Of a stretch of 31,880 nucleotides of DNA, positions 1-7,781 are shown piece after piece. The DNA comes from a virus. The notes under the pieces were generated by a model that did not search any database, was not told the DNA's origin, and worked only from the letters and a program-made list of their open reading frames with translations. Where the stretch lies: IMG/VR virus record IMGVR_UViG_3300007516_000005. One strand, written 5' to 3'. How positions within the stretch are numbered: position 1 is the stretch's first letter; every line of letters starts with the position of its first letter. A program made the translations under genes and the position numbers.

Positions 1-123
1 AAAAGATAAAATGGAAAAGCCTTTATCTTCTAATATTCATAAAAAATTGCAAGAATTTATTAAATACGAAATGTATTTTTTTTGCTAATGAAAAAGTATA
101 ATCCCCCACACTGTCGGGTAGGT
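1..123. repeat. Terminal overlap copy 1, identical to 31758-31880
   Basis: Base-by-base identity. Positions 2-88 repeat the last 28 codons plus the stop of the ORF 31654..31845 (KDKMEKPLSSNIHKKLQEFIKYEMYFFC*). Confidence 0.95.
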
Positions 124-184
124 AAAACTTATAAAAAGTGGCAGTGTAATTTTGATAAAACTGGAAAAGCTTGCGGTAACACAG

Positions 185-415
185 ATGCAGAAAGCTTTGT
201 TGATAAATGTAGCATCTGTAATAAAATTGTATGATATGCTTTTAATTTATGATGTTTTATGCACACTCGTCTTAGTATTTGGCTTTTGTGTTTCTGTAGG
301 TGTAGGCGTTGCTTTTGTATTTCATTTAAACGTTAAAAAACTGGATAAAGTAAGAGATATTCTGGTAAATGGTGAATATTTTAATTATGAAACCAATGAA
401 TGGGAAAAACTATAG
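185..415 (+). CDS. Hypothetical small protein, possibly membrane-associated
   Basis: The track ORF 152..415 starts at TTG; the first ATG is at 185. The hydrophobic stretch LCTLVLVFGFCVSVGVGVAFVF suggests a TM helix. No family recognised. Confidence 0.35.
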   Translation: MQKALLINVASVIKLYDMLLIYDVLCTLVLVFGFCVSVGVGVAFVFHLNVKKLDKVRDILVNGEYFNYETNEWEKL

Positions 416-737
416 TAAAAATTTTTTACAAATGGAGCAAATTACTTGTTTAGTTGCTTACACATTTGCGTTTCCTTATACTGAAATAAGAAGTTTTCAG
501 TATGACTGTAAAGAAAAGTTGATTTGTGCTTATATGGCATTTAAAACGGGCATTGATATCGATGAAATTGCGCAATATTATCATTCTTATCCTGATTTTC
601 TGAAAAATAAAATAGAAGACATAGCCATAAAAGTAATGGTAGATGAAGATGTTGCTGCAATTATTGATGTTTTTAAAGAAGATCTAAACCACGCTGTCAA
701 ATGGGCAGAAAAATTAAGAAATGGGCTTGAAATTTGA
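369..737 (+). CDS. Hypothetical early protein
   Basis: ATG-initiated 122-aa ORF. It overlaps the previous ORF by 47 nt, and in-frame ATGs at 387 and 432 are alternative starts. No motif recognised. Confidence 0.45.
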   Translation: MVNILIMKPMNGKNYSKNFLQMEQITCLVAYTFAFPYTEIRSFQYDCKEKLICAYMAFKTGIDIDEIAQYYHSYPDFLKNKIEDIAIKVMVDEDVAAIIDVFKEDLNHAVKWAEKLRNGLEI

Positions 738-750
738 AAATTATTAAACA

Positions 751-1425
751 ATGAATGAAAATAAAAAATCTTTTTTTGCTATAATACCTGCAAATGTAAG
801 GTATCACAAAAAATTATGCGCTAATGCAAAACTGCTATATGGTGAAATTACTGCCCTTTGCAATGAACAAGGATATTGCTGGGCGAATAACCATTATTTT
901 GCTGAGTTGTATCAAGTATCAAAAGTAAGTATTTCAAAGTGGGTAAGTGAGCTAGAAAAAGCCGGCTTTTTGATTTTAGAAATAGATCAGTCTTCAGGTA
1001 ATCAAAGAAAAATATTCCTACAAAATACCCACCTACCCTCGCAAACAAAAGTTAATGGGGTCATAAAGAAAAGTTTAAGACCCTCGCAAAGAAAAGTTAA
1101 CGACCCTCATAAAGAAAAGTTTATACATAATAATACAATTAATAATACAATGAATAGAGAGAGTAGCGCACTCGATTTTCTTAAAATTAACTTTCCTACA
1201 CAGTTTGAAACTTTTTTAATACAACACAAAAGTCAAATTAAAGACTTTGAAAAATTCTGTTTAGATTTTAACGACACTTGTGACCAGGAGAAAATTGAAT
1301 ATGATAATCGGGTTTTGTTTGGAAGAATTAGAAAGTATGCTCGCAATTGGATCCAAAACCAAAACAAATATAACAAACCAGAAGAAAAGGAAGTCATACC
1401 GCCTTATCTCAGAAAAATAAGTTAA
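751..1425 (+). CDS. HTH replication initiator / replisome-organiser-like protein
   Basis: The N-terminus (FFAIIPANVRYHKKLCANAKLLYGEITALCNEQGYCWANNHYFAELYQVSKVSISKWVSELEKAGFL) fits the winged-helix pattern of phage DnaD-like replication proteins. Its stop overlaps the dnaB start (TAATG). The gene contains iteron-like repeats. Confidence 0.6.
   Translation: MNENKKSFFAIIPANVRYHKKLCANAKLLYGEITALCNEQGYCWANNHYFAELYQVSKVSISKWVSELEKAGFLILEIDQSSGNQRKIFLQNTHLPSQTKVNGVIKKSLRPSQRKVNDPHKEKFIHNNTINNTMNRESSALDFLKINFPTQFETFLIQHKSQIKDFEKFCLDFNDTCDQEKIEYDNRVLFGRIRKYARNWIQNQNKYNKPEEKEVIPPYLRKIS
1036..1123. repeat. Two tandem ~45-bp repeats containing four RAAAAGTTWA boxes; candidate iterons
   Basis: ccctcgcaaaCaaaagttaa...cataaagaaaagttta at 1036-1077 is repeated at 1081-1123. 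The boxes start at 1046, 1068, 1091 and 1114, a spacing of 22-23 nt. An AT-rich tract with aataatacaat x2 (1129, 1141) follows. Confidence 0.55.
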
Positions 1426-2816
1426 TGGAAGCTAAAAATATACAAACTTTGAACAAAGGTAAAATCCCGCCTCAGGCTATTGATATCGAAGAAGCTGTTT
1501 TAAGTGCTTTGTTGATAGACGACAAAGGACCTATTGAAGCAATGGGACTTTTGAAATCTGTCTCTATTTTTTATAAAGAGCATCATCAACATATTTTTAG
1601 CGCAATGCAAAAATTATATAATGCTGGAGAAAGCATTGATATCCTTACCGTTTCACATAAATTAAAAGCTGCCGGAAAGCTGGAATTAATAGGTGGTAAC
1701 ATTCACCTTGTGCAACTATCTCAAATGGCGGTATCCAGTGCTCACATAGAGTACCATTGCCATATTTTATTGCAGCAATGGGTGCGAAGGGAAATAATTA
1801 AAAAAGCTAATAGCTTAATAGAAATGGCTTATAATGATCGCGTGGATGTTTTTGATCTTGTGGAATGTGATAGTAGTACCGGTATAAGCATTCAAGAGAT
1901 ATTACACACTGGTTCAAAAGAAATATATTATCCAGAAATGCTGGACCAGGTTGTGAAGCGTGTAGAAATGCTTACCAATAAAAAAGATAACGATATTACT
2001 GGGGTTCCTACAGGCTTTGATAAGATAGATGCTTTCACTGGTGGTTGGCAGCCAAGCGATCTAGTAATTCTAGCTGCACGTCCTGGGATGGGAAAAACTT
2101 CTTTGATATTAAAAAATATTGTAGAGTGTGGTTTAAAAGGCCATAGTGTCGGCATTATCTCTCTTGAAATGAGCGCACAACAGCTTACGGCTAGAACCGT
2201 GGCAATAAATAGTAACTTCCATTTAACACAATTACTTAGAGATGGTTTTGAGAAGAATACCTACTTCACGACATTGATAAATGTAGTTGATCAGATGAAA
2301 AGCTTTCAACTTCACATCAATGATACTGCGTCTATGGATATAAAAGATATAATTACTCAGGCACGTCTATGGCATAGAAAGAGTAAGATCGATATTCTAT
2401 TTGTAGATTATATACAACTGGCCACAGACAAGAGCAAAAGCAATAATCGTGAACAAGAGATAGCGTCTATAAGCAGAAACTTAAAAAAAGTGGCAAAAGA
2501 GTTGAATATACCGGTAATTGCATTGTCACAGCTTTCGCGAAAGGTTGAAGAACGTGGTGGTGAAAAACGTCCTAAACTTGCAGACATCCGAGAGAGTGGA
2601 GCAATAGAACAAGATGCAGACATTGTTACATTTATATACCGTCCTGAGTATTATGGGATGGAAGTATCTGAAGATTTACTACAAATGAATGCTAACACTG
2701 AATTGATTTTTGCAAAATACAGAAATGGAAGTTTAGAAACAAAGGGACTTTTCTTTGAAGCAAACAAGGCAAAGTTTATGGATCCGGTTGAAAGAGAAGA
2801 AGAACATTTTATTTGA
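1425..2816 (+). CDS. dnaB: Replicative DNA helicase DnaB
   Basis: 463 aa. Walker A AARPGMGKTS, SLEMS, Walker B ILFVDYIQL, ALSQLSR, and the N-terminal DnaB-type motif PPQAIDIEEAVLSALL. Confidence 0.95.
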   Translation: MEAKNIQTLNKGKIPPQAIDIEEAVLSALLIDDKGPIEAMGLLKSVSIFYKEHHQHIFSAMQKLYNAGESIDILTVSHKLKAAGKLELIGGNIHLVQLSQMAVSSAHIEYHCHILLQQWVRREIIKKANSLIEMAYNDRVDVFDLVECDSSTGISIQEILHTGSKEIYYPEMLDQVVKRVEMLTNKKDNDITGVPTGFDKIDAFTGGWQPSDLVILAARPGMGKTSLILKNIVECGLKGHSVGIISLEMSAQQLTARTVAINSNFHLTQLLRDGFEKNTYFTTLINVVDQMKSFQLHINDTASMDIKDIITQARLWHRKSKIDILFVDYIQLATDKSKSNNREQEIASISRNLKKVAKELNIPVIALSQLSRKVEERGGEKRPKLADIRESGAIEQDADIVTFIYRPEYYGMEVSEDLLQMNANTELIFAKYRNGSLETKGLFFEANKAKFMDPVEREEEHFI

Positions 2817-2817
2817 T

Positions 2818-3147
2818 ATGCCAAACGCACCAAAGAAAATAAATAGAAGTTGGGTGCCTGAGCGCAAAGCTTTTAGCCGTCCTGTAGATTTTAGTTGGTT
2901 TTATAATCAAACAAAATGGCGCAAATTTAGTAAAAAATACAGACAAAACAACCCTGTTTGTGTAGCCTGTGAAGTGCAGGGAATAGTATCGCCAGCAGAA
3001 GTCACAGATCACGTTGAAGGCATTGAAAATATATTAAAAGCTTGCCGCAACCCAATAGATGAAAAAGAGTGTCAAAGCCTTTGTCATTCCTGTCATAATA
3101 GCAAATCAGGTAAAGAATCCCATAGGAAAAAAATTAAAGGGGGATAG
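2818..3147 (+). CDS. HNH endonuclease (phage packaging-associated type)
   Basis: CVACE...TDHV...CQSLCHSCHNSKS matches the HNH/Cys-box pattern. The ATG at 2818 lies just after the dnaB stop; the track start at 2755 would overlap dnaB. The gene sits upstream of the terminase genes, as in HK97-like cos phages. Confidence 0.85.
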   Translation: MPNAPKKINRSWVPERKAFSRPVDFSWFYNQTKWRKFSKKYRQNNPVCVACEVQGIVSPAEVTDHVEGIENILKACRNPIDEKECQSLCHSCHNSKSGKESHRKKIKGG

Positions 3148-3248
3148 GGGGTCAATTCACTATGAATGGAGACGTGCTAAACATCGCCATATAGAAATGA
3201 TTTTACTCACAAAGAATATTGAAGGGGGGGTATAAAAAGAATAGAATT

Positions 3249-3845
3249 ATGTTTAAACAACAAAGTGAAAAATACAAGAAAAAACCTATTCTTTTGGAAG
3301 AAAAATTTCAAAAGGAAAGCACCTCTTTTAAAAGTGGTTCTATTGAGATGAGTAGTAAAGAAATTCTAATGCGCAAACTGAATAATGTACAAGAATTAAA
3401 AGGTTTGCCAAAGAAAGGAATTCAGATAAGAATTGTAACAAAAAAAGCGATTAACAGTTTTGATTTTGTTTTAGCGGTTTTGGCCACAGAAGAAATTGAA
3501 GAAATGATTATTGCATTTTATAGGATAGGAAAAAAGGTTATTCAAGAATTAAGCGAATTTATAAAAGATAGTAAAATAAAATCAATTTATTTTTTAGTTA
3601 ATGACGGATTGCCAAAACTAACTCCAGATGCTTATAATTTAATGAAGCAACTGGAATCTAATAATTGGAAAATTAGATTAGATAATAATCACACAAAAAT
3701 AATTTTACTAAAAACTGCAAAAAATCATTTTATAATTGAGGGATCAGGAAACCTGTCTATTAATGCCAGAATTGAACAATATGTGATAGACAATGACATA
3801 TCTCTTTTTAATTTTCATAAAAAATGGATAACTCATGAAAAATAA
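3249..3845 (+). CDS. Hypothetical protein with an HKD/PLD-like motif
   Basis: The first ATG is at 3249 (track start is a TTG at 3219). The C-terminal HTKIILLK-x9-GSGNLSINARIEQ resembles the PLD-superfamily HxK...GSxN signature, but the spacing and the Asp position are non-canonical. Confidence 0.4.
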   Translation: MFKQQSEKYKKKPILLEEKFQKESTSFKSGSIEMSSKEILMRKLNNVQELKGLPKKGIQIRIVTKKAINSFDFVLAVLATEEIEEMIIAFYRIGKKVIQELSEFIKDSKIKSIYFLVNDGLPKLTPDAYNLMKQLESNNWKIRLDNNHTKIILLKTAKNHFIIEGSGNLSINARIEQYVIDNDISLFNFHKKWITHEK

Positions 3846-4146
3846 TAAAAAATTCAAAGCAATTAAAAGTTACTCACATCAAGAAGCTATAAAAATAGCA
3901 AACGAGTTAATAGAATGGCTTTTAGAAAAAGAAGAGAATATTCATATTGATGAATTTTTATATGTAATAAAAAGAATTTTTAAAAATGATGTGGATTTCT
4001 TAATTTCAAATAATGAAGAATTTAAACAATTTATAGAACAAGCAGAAGCTATTGAATTATCAAAATTAAAAAAATTTGCAGCTGGAGACCGGCTAAATGC
4101 TACTATAGTAAAACAAATTTTAATCAATAAATATAACTGGCTATGA
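3835..4146 (+). CDS. Hypothetical protein
   Basis: 103-aa ATG ORF with overlapping junctions on both sides. The C-terminal AAGDRLNATIVKQILINKYNW is vaguely like small-terminase C-termini; this is not decisive. Confidence 0.55.
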   Translation: MKNNKKFKAIKSYSHQEAIKIANELIEWLLEKEENIHIDEFLYVIKRIFKNDVDFLISNNEEFKQFIEQAEAIELSKLKKFAAGDRLNATIVKQILINKYNWL

Positions 4147-4589
4147 TTAAGAAATCAAATATTGTGCACATTGGAAACGGGAAAAGTACACTTACTAAAA
4201 TACCTAAGCCTCCAGCATATCTAAATAATTCCGCTAAAAAACATTACAAAGAAATGGCCTCAAAATTAATAAAACTTGAAAGGCTAAAAGACATATTTCT
4301 AAATGCATTAGAAATATATGCTGAAGCTATGGCAACTTGGGAATGGGCCTCTCGACAAAGAAAACAAAAAAACAGTGAAGACCCTGGTACAGGCTACATT
4401 CAAACTTATCGTAGTGGTGCAACGAATATATCAACAGAATTAATTGTAATGCGTGATGCTGAAAAAACACTTTTCAAATGCTTCAAACAATTCGGTTTGG
4501 ACCCACGATCTGAAAAGGAATTAAAAACAGACACCAACCCTAATCAGTTAGAATTATTTGAAAATCTTAAAAAATCAATGAGCTCATAA
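4143..4589 (+). CDS. terS: Terminase small subunit (P27-family-like)
   Basis: 148 aa, immediately upstream of and overlapping terL. The PPAYLNNSAKKHYKEMASKLIKLERLKDIFLNALEIYAEAMATWEWA pattern resembles P27-type TerS. Confidence 0.7.
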   Translation: MIKKSNIVHIGNGKSTLTKIPKPPAYLNNSAKKHYKEMASKLIKLERLKDIFLNALEIYAEAMATWEWASRQRKQKNSEDPGTGYIQTYRSGATNISTELIVMRDAEKTLFKCFKQFGLDPRSEKELKTDTNPNQLELFENLKKSMSS

Positions 4590-6367
4590 TGATCCCTTCA
4601 AAAGAAATGCTTCAATCTGTTCCTTTTCAGTATGCGCAAGGTGTGCTGGATGGAACTATTATTACCGGTCGGTTTATCCGGTTGGAATGTGAGCGTTTCT
4701 TTTACTGGATTGAAAATGCAGAAACACAAGGTTATATTTTAGATCACGCGGCAGGTATGCAGGCGGTAAAATTCTTTCCTACCCTTTTAAACCACACAAA
4801 AGGAAAGCTCGCCGGGCAAAAATTTGAGCTAGCGCCCTTCCAGAAATTCACAATGTACAATGTATTTGGATGGAAGGATCTGAAAGGCAGCCGCCGCATT
4901 AATACAGTTTACGATAAGCGCGCAAAAAAAAACGGTAAATCTGCAGAAATGGCTGGTGTTGCTCTTTTTGGGATGAGTTTTGATGCTGAAGCTGAAGCAG
5001 AAATATACATTGGTGCCACTAAAGAAGAACAGGCAAAAATATGCTGGACCCAGGCCAAAAGCTTTATCGATGCTCCACAGGCAAATCCTATGCTTAGAAA
5101 ATTAGGTTTCCGAACAAAACAAAAAGAAATCTGGTGTGATATCACAAACTCTGTCCTTCGTCCGTTGGGAGGTGACAGTAAAACGCAGGATGGGATTAAC
5201 TCACACATTGCCATTATTGATGAATACCACGCCCACCGTGACGATACTGTAAAGGAAAATCTTGAAAGTTCTAGCGTGCAGCGCAGGCAACCCATAACCT
5301 GGCACATCACCACCGCCGGATCAGATAAAAACGGGGTTTGTAAATTGTACGAAGACGTGTGTAAAGATGTGCTTTTGGGTATAAAAGAAGATCACCATCT
5401 CTGGGTAATGATCCACGACCTGGACGAAGGTGATGACTGGGAAATTGAAGCCAACTGGATTAAAGCAAACCCGCTACTCCATAATGGACTGAGCATTGAC
5501 AACCTTCGTAAAGAATATAATAAATGTGTAAATCAGCCTAGCAAAGCCCCTAATTTTAAAACCAAACATCTAAATATGTGGGTAGATGTGATGCTGACCT
5601 GGATCCCAGATGAAATTTGGATGAAAAACAAAGACAAAGTAAGGATGGTAAACTTCATTAAATACGGTTGTGCCGGTGGTATTGACCTTTCAAGCACAAC
5701 AGATTTAAGCGCGTGGGGCCTTGTTTCAAATCCTGATGAAGATGGCTTTCGGGATATGTTTGTTTTGGTGTTTTGTCCCTCAGATACAATTGACCTTAGA
5801 AGCAAAGAAGATCGCGTGCCATATCGTTTTTGGAAAGACAAAAACTATGAAGACTATTTAGATCTAACAGATTTTCCTTTTGAATTACCTACCACAGATG
5901 TTTCCGGAAAATTAAAATTACTCATTGCCACACCGGGCAACGTGGTTGATTATGCTGTTATTGAAGACTATCTAGTTAAATACTCCTTCCTGCTTAAAAG
6001 CAAGTGGACAGACTTTGATCGCTATAATTCTACATATTTAGTAACAAATCTTCAGGAGCGAGGTGTGGAAATGCACCCTTTTGCGCAAACCATCACTCAC
6101 TTTTCAATGCCTACAAAAGAATTTGAAAAACTCGCTATGAGCGGAAAAATACGCCACGGCGGAAACCCAATAATGCAATGGTCCTTAACTGGTGCCGGAG
6201 TGATCCAGGACACAAATGAAAATATAAGAATTTCAAAAAAACATAGCACAAAAAGAATAGACCCACTCATTGCCACAATAATGGGTTTGGCAGCAACATT
6301 AACAGAAAAAGAAGAAACACAAAAGAAATCAAAATACAGCGACCCAAATGCGGAAGTTTATGTTTAA
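4589..6367 (+). CDS. terL: Terminase large subunit
   Basis: 592 aa. Walker A-like KRAKKNGKSAEMAG, Walker B AIIDEYH, and a C-terminal nuclease-sized domain. Position precedes the head genes. Confidence 0.93.
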   Translation: MIPSKEMLQSVPFQYAQGVLDGTIITGRFIRLECERFFYWIENAETQGYILDHAAGMQAVKFFPTLLNHTKGKLAGQKFELAPFQKFTMYNVFGWKDLKGSRRINTVYDKRAKKNGKSAEMAGVALFGMSFDAEAEAEIYIGATKEEQAKICWTQAKSFIDAPQANPMLRKLGFRTKQKEIWCDITNSVLRPLGGDSKTQDGINSHIAIIDEYHAHRDDTVKENLESSSVQRRQPITWHITTAGSDKNGVCKLYEDVCKDVLLGIKEDHHLWVMIHDLDEGDDWEIEANWIKANPLLHNGLSIDNLRKEYNKCVNQPSKAPNFKTKHLNMWVDVMLTWIPDEIWMKNKDKVRMVNFIKYGCAGGIDLSSTTDLSAWGLVSNPDEDGFRDMFVLVFCPSDTIDLRSKEDRVPYRFWKDKNYEDYLDLTDFPFELPTTDVSGKLKLLIATPGNVVDYAVIEDYLVKYSFLLKSKWTDFDRYNSTYLVTNLQERGVEMHPFAQTITHFSMPTKEFEKLAMSGKIRHGGNPIMQWSLTGAGVIQDTNENIRISKKHSTKRIDPLIATIMGLAATLTEKEETQKKSKYSDPNAEVYV

Positions 6368-6533
6368 GCATGACGTTTTGTGTATGGCACGTTGCGACTT
6401 TAAATAATTAATAAACTTAATAGATATGGAAAAAGATAGAGGAATAACAATTATAAATGTAGATAAGCAAAAGCAATGCATTATAGCACGTGTTACCTGC
6501 TGGTGCGGTATTGACAATACGAAATTATAAATT

Positions 6534-7697
6534 ATGAACGAAATGAGTTTTAACAGTTTTTTGAGCGAAGGCAAATGCCGCAGGCAAATTACACACGGCT
6601 CTTTATTTAGTGGCATAGGTGGCTTTGACCTTGCATCCGAGTGGATGGGATGGGAAAATGTTTTTCACTGCGAATGGAACGAATTTGGACAAAAAGTATT
6701 AAAACATTACTGGCCTAAAGCAATTAGTTATGATGACATCACAAAGACAGACTTCTCTATTCACAGAGGAAAAATCGATATTCTTACCGGAGGATTCCCC
6801 TGCCAGCCGTACTCTATGGCTGGCAAAAGAAAGGGCAAAGAAGACGAGAGACATCTCTGGCCGGAAATGCTTAGAGCAATACGAGAGATTAAACCAAGGT
6901 ACGTTTTGGGGGAAAACGTTTCTGGGTTACTTAATTGGAATGGAGGACTGGTTTTCAACGAGGTGCAAGCTGACTTGGAAAATGAAGGGTACGAAGTACA
7001 ACCGTGTGTACTTCCAGCTTGTGCCGTCAACGCTCCCCACCGCAGAGATAGAGTCTGGTTTGTGGCCTACGCCAACGAGTGTGCAACGGGACCATCCGGA
7101 ACGAGTGGAGAAACTGAAAGCAACGGGAGCGAAAACAATGATGAGCCGAAAAGCGGGAGACAACAGACCGAACAGTATACTGGATGCAGCAATGTTCACG
7201 GGATTGCTACCAAGACCAAGAGCAAACCAAGTGAACGGTTGCAACTTGAACAGCGAGAAATTAGCGAACAGAAACAAAGGGAATTTAGAAGAGACAGTAG
7301 CGAAGTGGAATCAAAAAGGAATGCTTCCGACACCGAACGCAAGCGACAACCGGAACAGGGGCAACCCGCAGGATCCGTGCATTCAAAAACGAATATCGAA
7401 TGGAAAGCAAGTTGGTCTTACAATGATGATAGATGGCCAACTCAATCCCCAATTTGTAGCGGAAATGATGGGCTTTCCAGAGAACTGGACGGAATTACCT
7501 TTCCTAAATGGAGACAAGAATCAGTAAAAGCCTATGGAAACGCAATAGTGCCACAAATTGCACATCAAATATTTAAAGCTTTAATGTTAGCAGAATCAAA
7601 AGTTAAAACACTAACAAAATCAACACTTCTACAAAATGAAACCACAACCATTCTGGCTCACCGGCACTCATCCCATCACCGGTTGGAAAGTCTCTAA
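6534..7697 (+). CDS. DNA (cytosine-5)-methyltransferase
   Basis: Motif I SLFSGIGGF, IV GGFPCQPYS, VI LGENV, VIII PHRRDRVWFVA, X YGNAIVPQ. The central ~130 aa are low-complexity and hydrophilic. Confidence 0.9.
   Translation: MNEMSFNSFLSEGKCRRQITHGSLFSGIGGFDLASEWMGWENVFHCEWNEFGQKVLKHYWPKAISYDDITKTDFSIHRGKIDILTGGFPCQPYSMAGKRKGKEDERHLWPEMLRAIREIKPRYVLGENVSGLLNWNGGLVFNEVQADLENEGYEVQPCVLPACAVNAPHRRDRVWFVAYANECATGPSGTSGETESNGSENNDEPKSGRQQTEQYTGCSNVHGIATKTKSKPSERLQLEQREISEQKQREFRRDSSEVESKRNASDTERKRQPEQGQPAGSVHSKTNIEWKASWSYNDDRWPTQSPICSGNDGLSRELDGITFPKWRQESVKAYGNAIVPQIAHQIFKALMLAESKVKTLTKSTLLQNETTTILAHRHSSHHRLESL
6730..7527 (+). CDS. Alternative-frame (+1) ORF nested in the methyltransferase gene; coding status unresolved
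   Basis: 265-aa ATG ORF with LWPTPTS, MLPTPNASD and LNPQFVAEMMGFPENWT, which are motifs typical of phage MTase target-recognition/motif-IX regions. It lies entirely inside 6534..7697. Confidence 0.35.
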   Translation: MMTSQRQTSLFTEEKSIFLPEDSPASRTLWLAKERAKKTRDISGRKCLEQYERLNQGTFWGKTFLGYLIGMEDWFSTRCKLTWKMKGTKYNRVYFQLVPSTLPTAEIESGLWPTPTSVQRDHPERVEKLKATGAKTMMSRKAGDNRPNSILDAAMFTGLLPRPRANQVNGCNLNSEKLANRNKGNLEETVAKWNQKGMLPTPNASDNRNRGNPQDPCIQKRISNGKQVGLTMMIDGQLNPQFVAEMMGFPENWTELPFLNGDKNQ

Positions 7698-7781
7698 CTT
7701 TGGCGTAGCCGGCCGTGAAAAAATCGCCAAAAGCAGAAAACCAAAACCACAGCCCGTTTGGTCTGATAAAGAAAATTGATT

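Noticed and set aside
1-123. The terminal 123-bp repeats as attL/attR of an integrated prophage
   Set aside because: The repeat lies inside a small ORF, far from the integrase, and there is no host DNA outside it. The tRNA-derived att core is at 27849-27895 and is present only once.
848-1048. Minus-strand 66-aa ORF inside the replication initiator gene
   Set aside because: It is antisense to a gene with a clear HTH domain and has no supporting features.
1036-1123. CRISPR-like or satellite array
   Set aside because: There are only two repeat units, they are in frame within a coding gene, there are no spacers, and no cas genes are present.
2755-2817. N-terminal extension of the HNH ORF overlapping the dnaB 3' end
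   Set aside because: The ATG at 2818, immediately after the dnaB stop, gives a compact gene; the extension has no HNH-family features.
4909-5841. Minus-strand ORFs 4909..5313 and 5533..5841 inside terL
   Set aside because: They are antisense to a gene with clear terminase motifs and show no motifs of their own.
6489-6499. The 11-mer CGTGTTACCTG is shared between 6489-6499 and 8879-8889 (the base of hairpin B)
   Set aside because: This is a single extra copy without the partner helix or surrounding similarity. It could be chance and is recorded only in case a motif search finds more copies.
6329-6616. Minus-strand 95-aa ORF spanning the terL end, the intergenic region and the MTase start
   Set aside because: It overlaps two well-supported + strand genes, its translation is hydrophobic and low-information, and it lacks a plausible start context.
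6761-7277. Minus-strand ORFs 6761..7030 and 6927..7277 within the methyltransferase locus
   Set aside because: No recognisable motifs. They are taken as a symptom of local stop-codon depletion (higher GC and purine content) and serve as the null explanation for the nested + strand frame.
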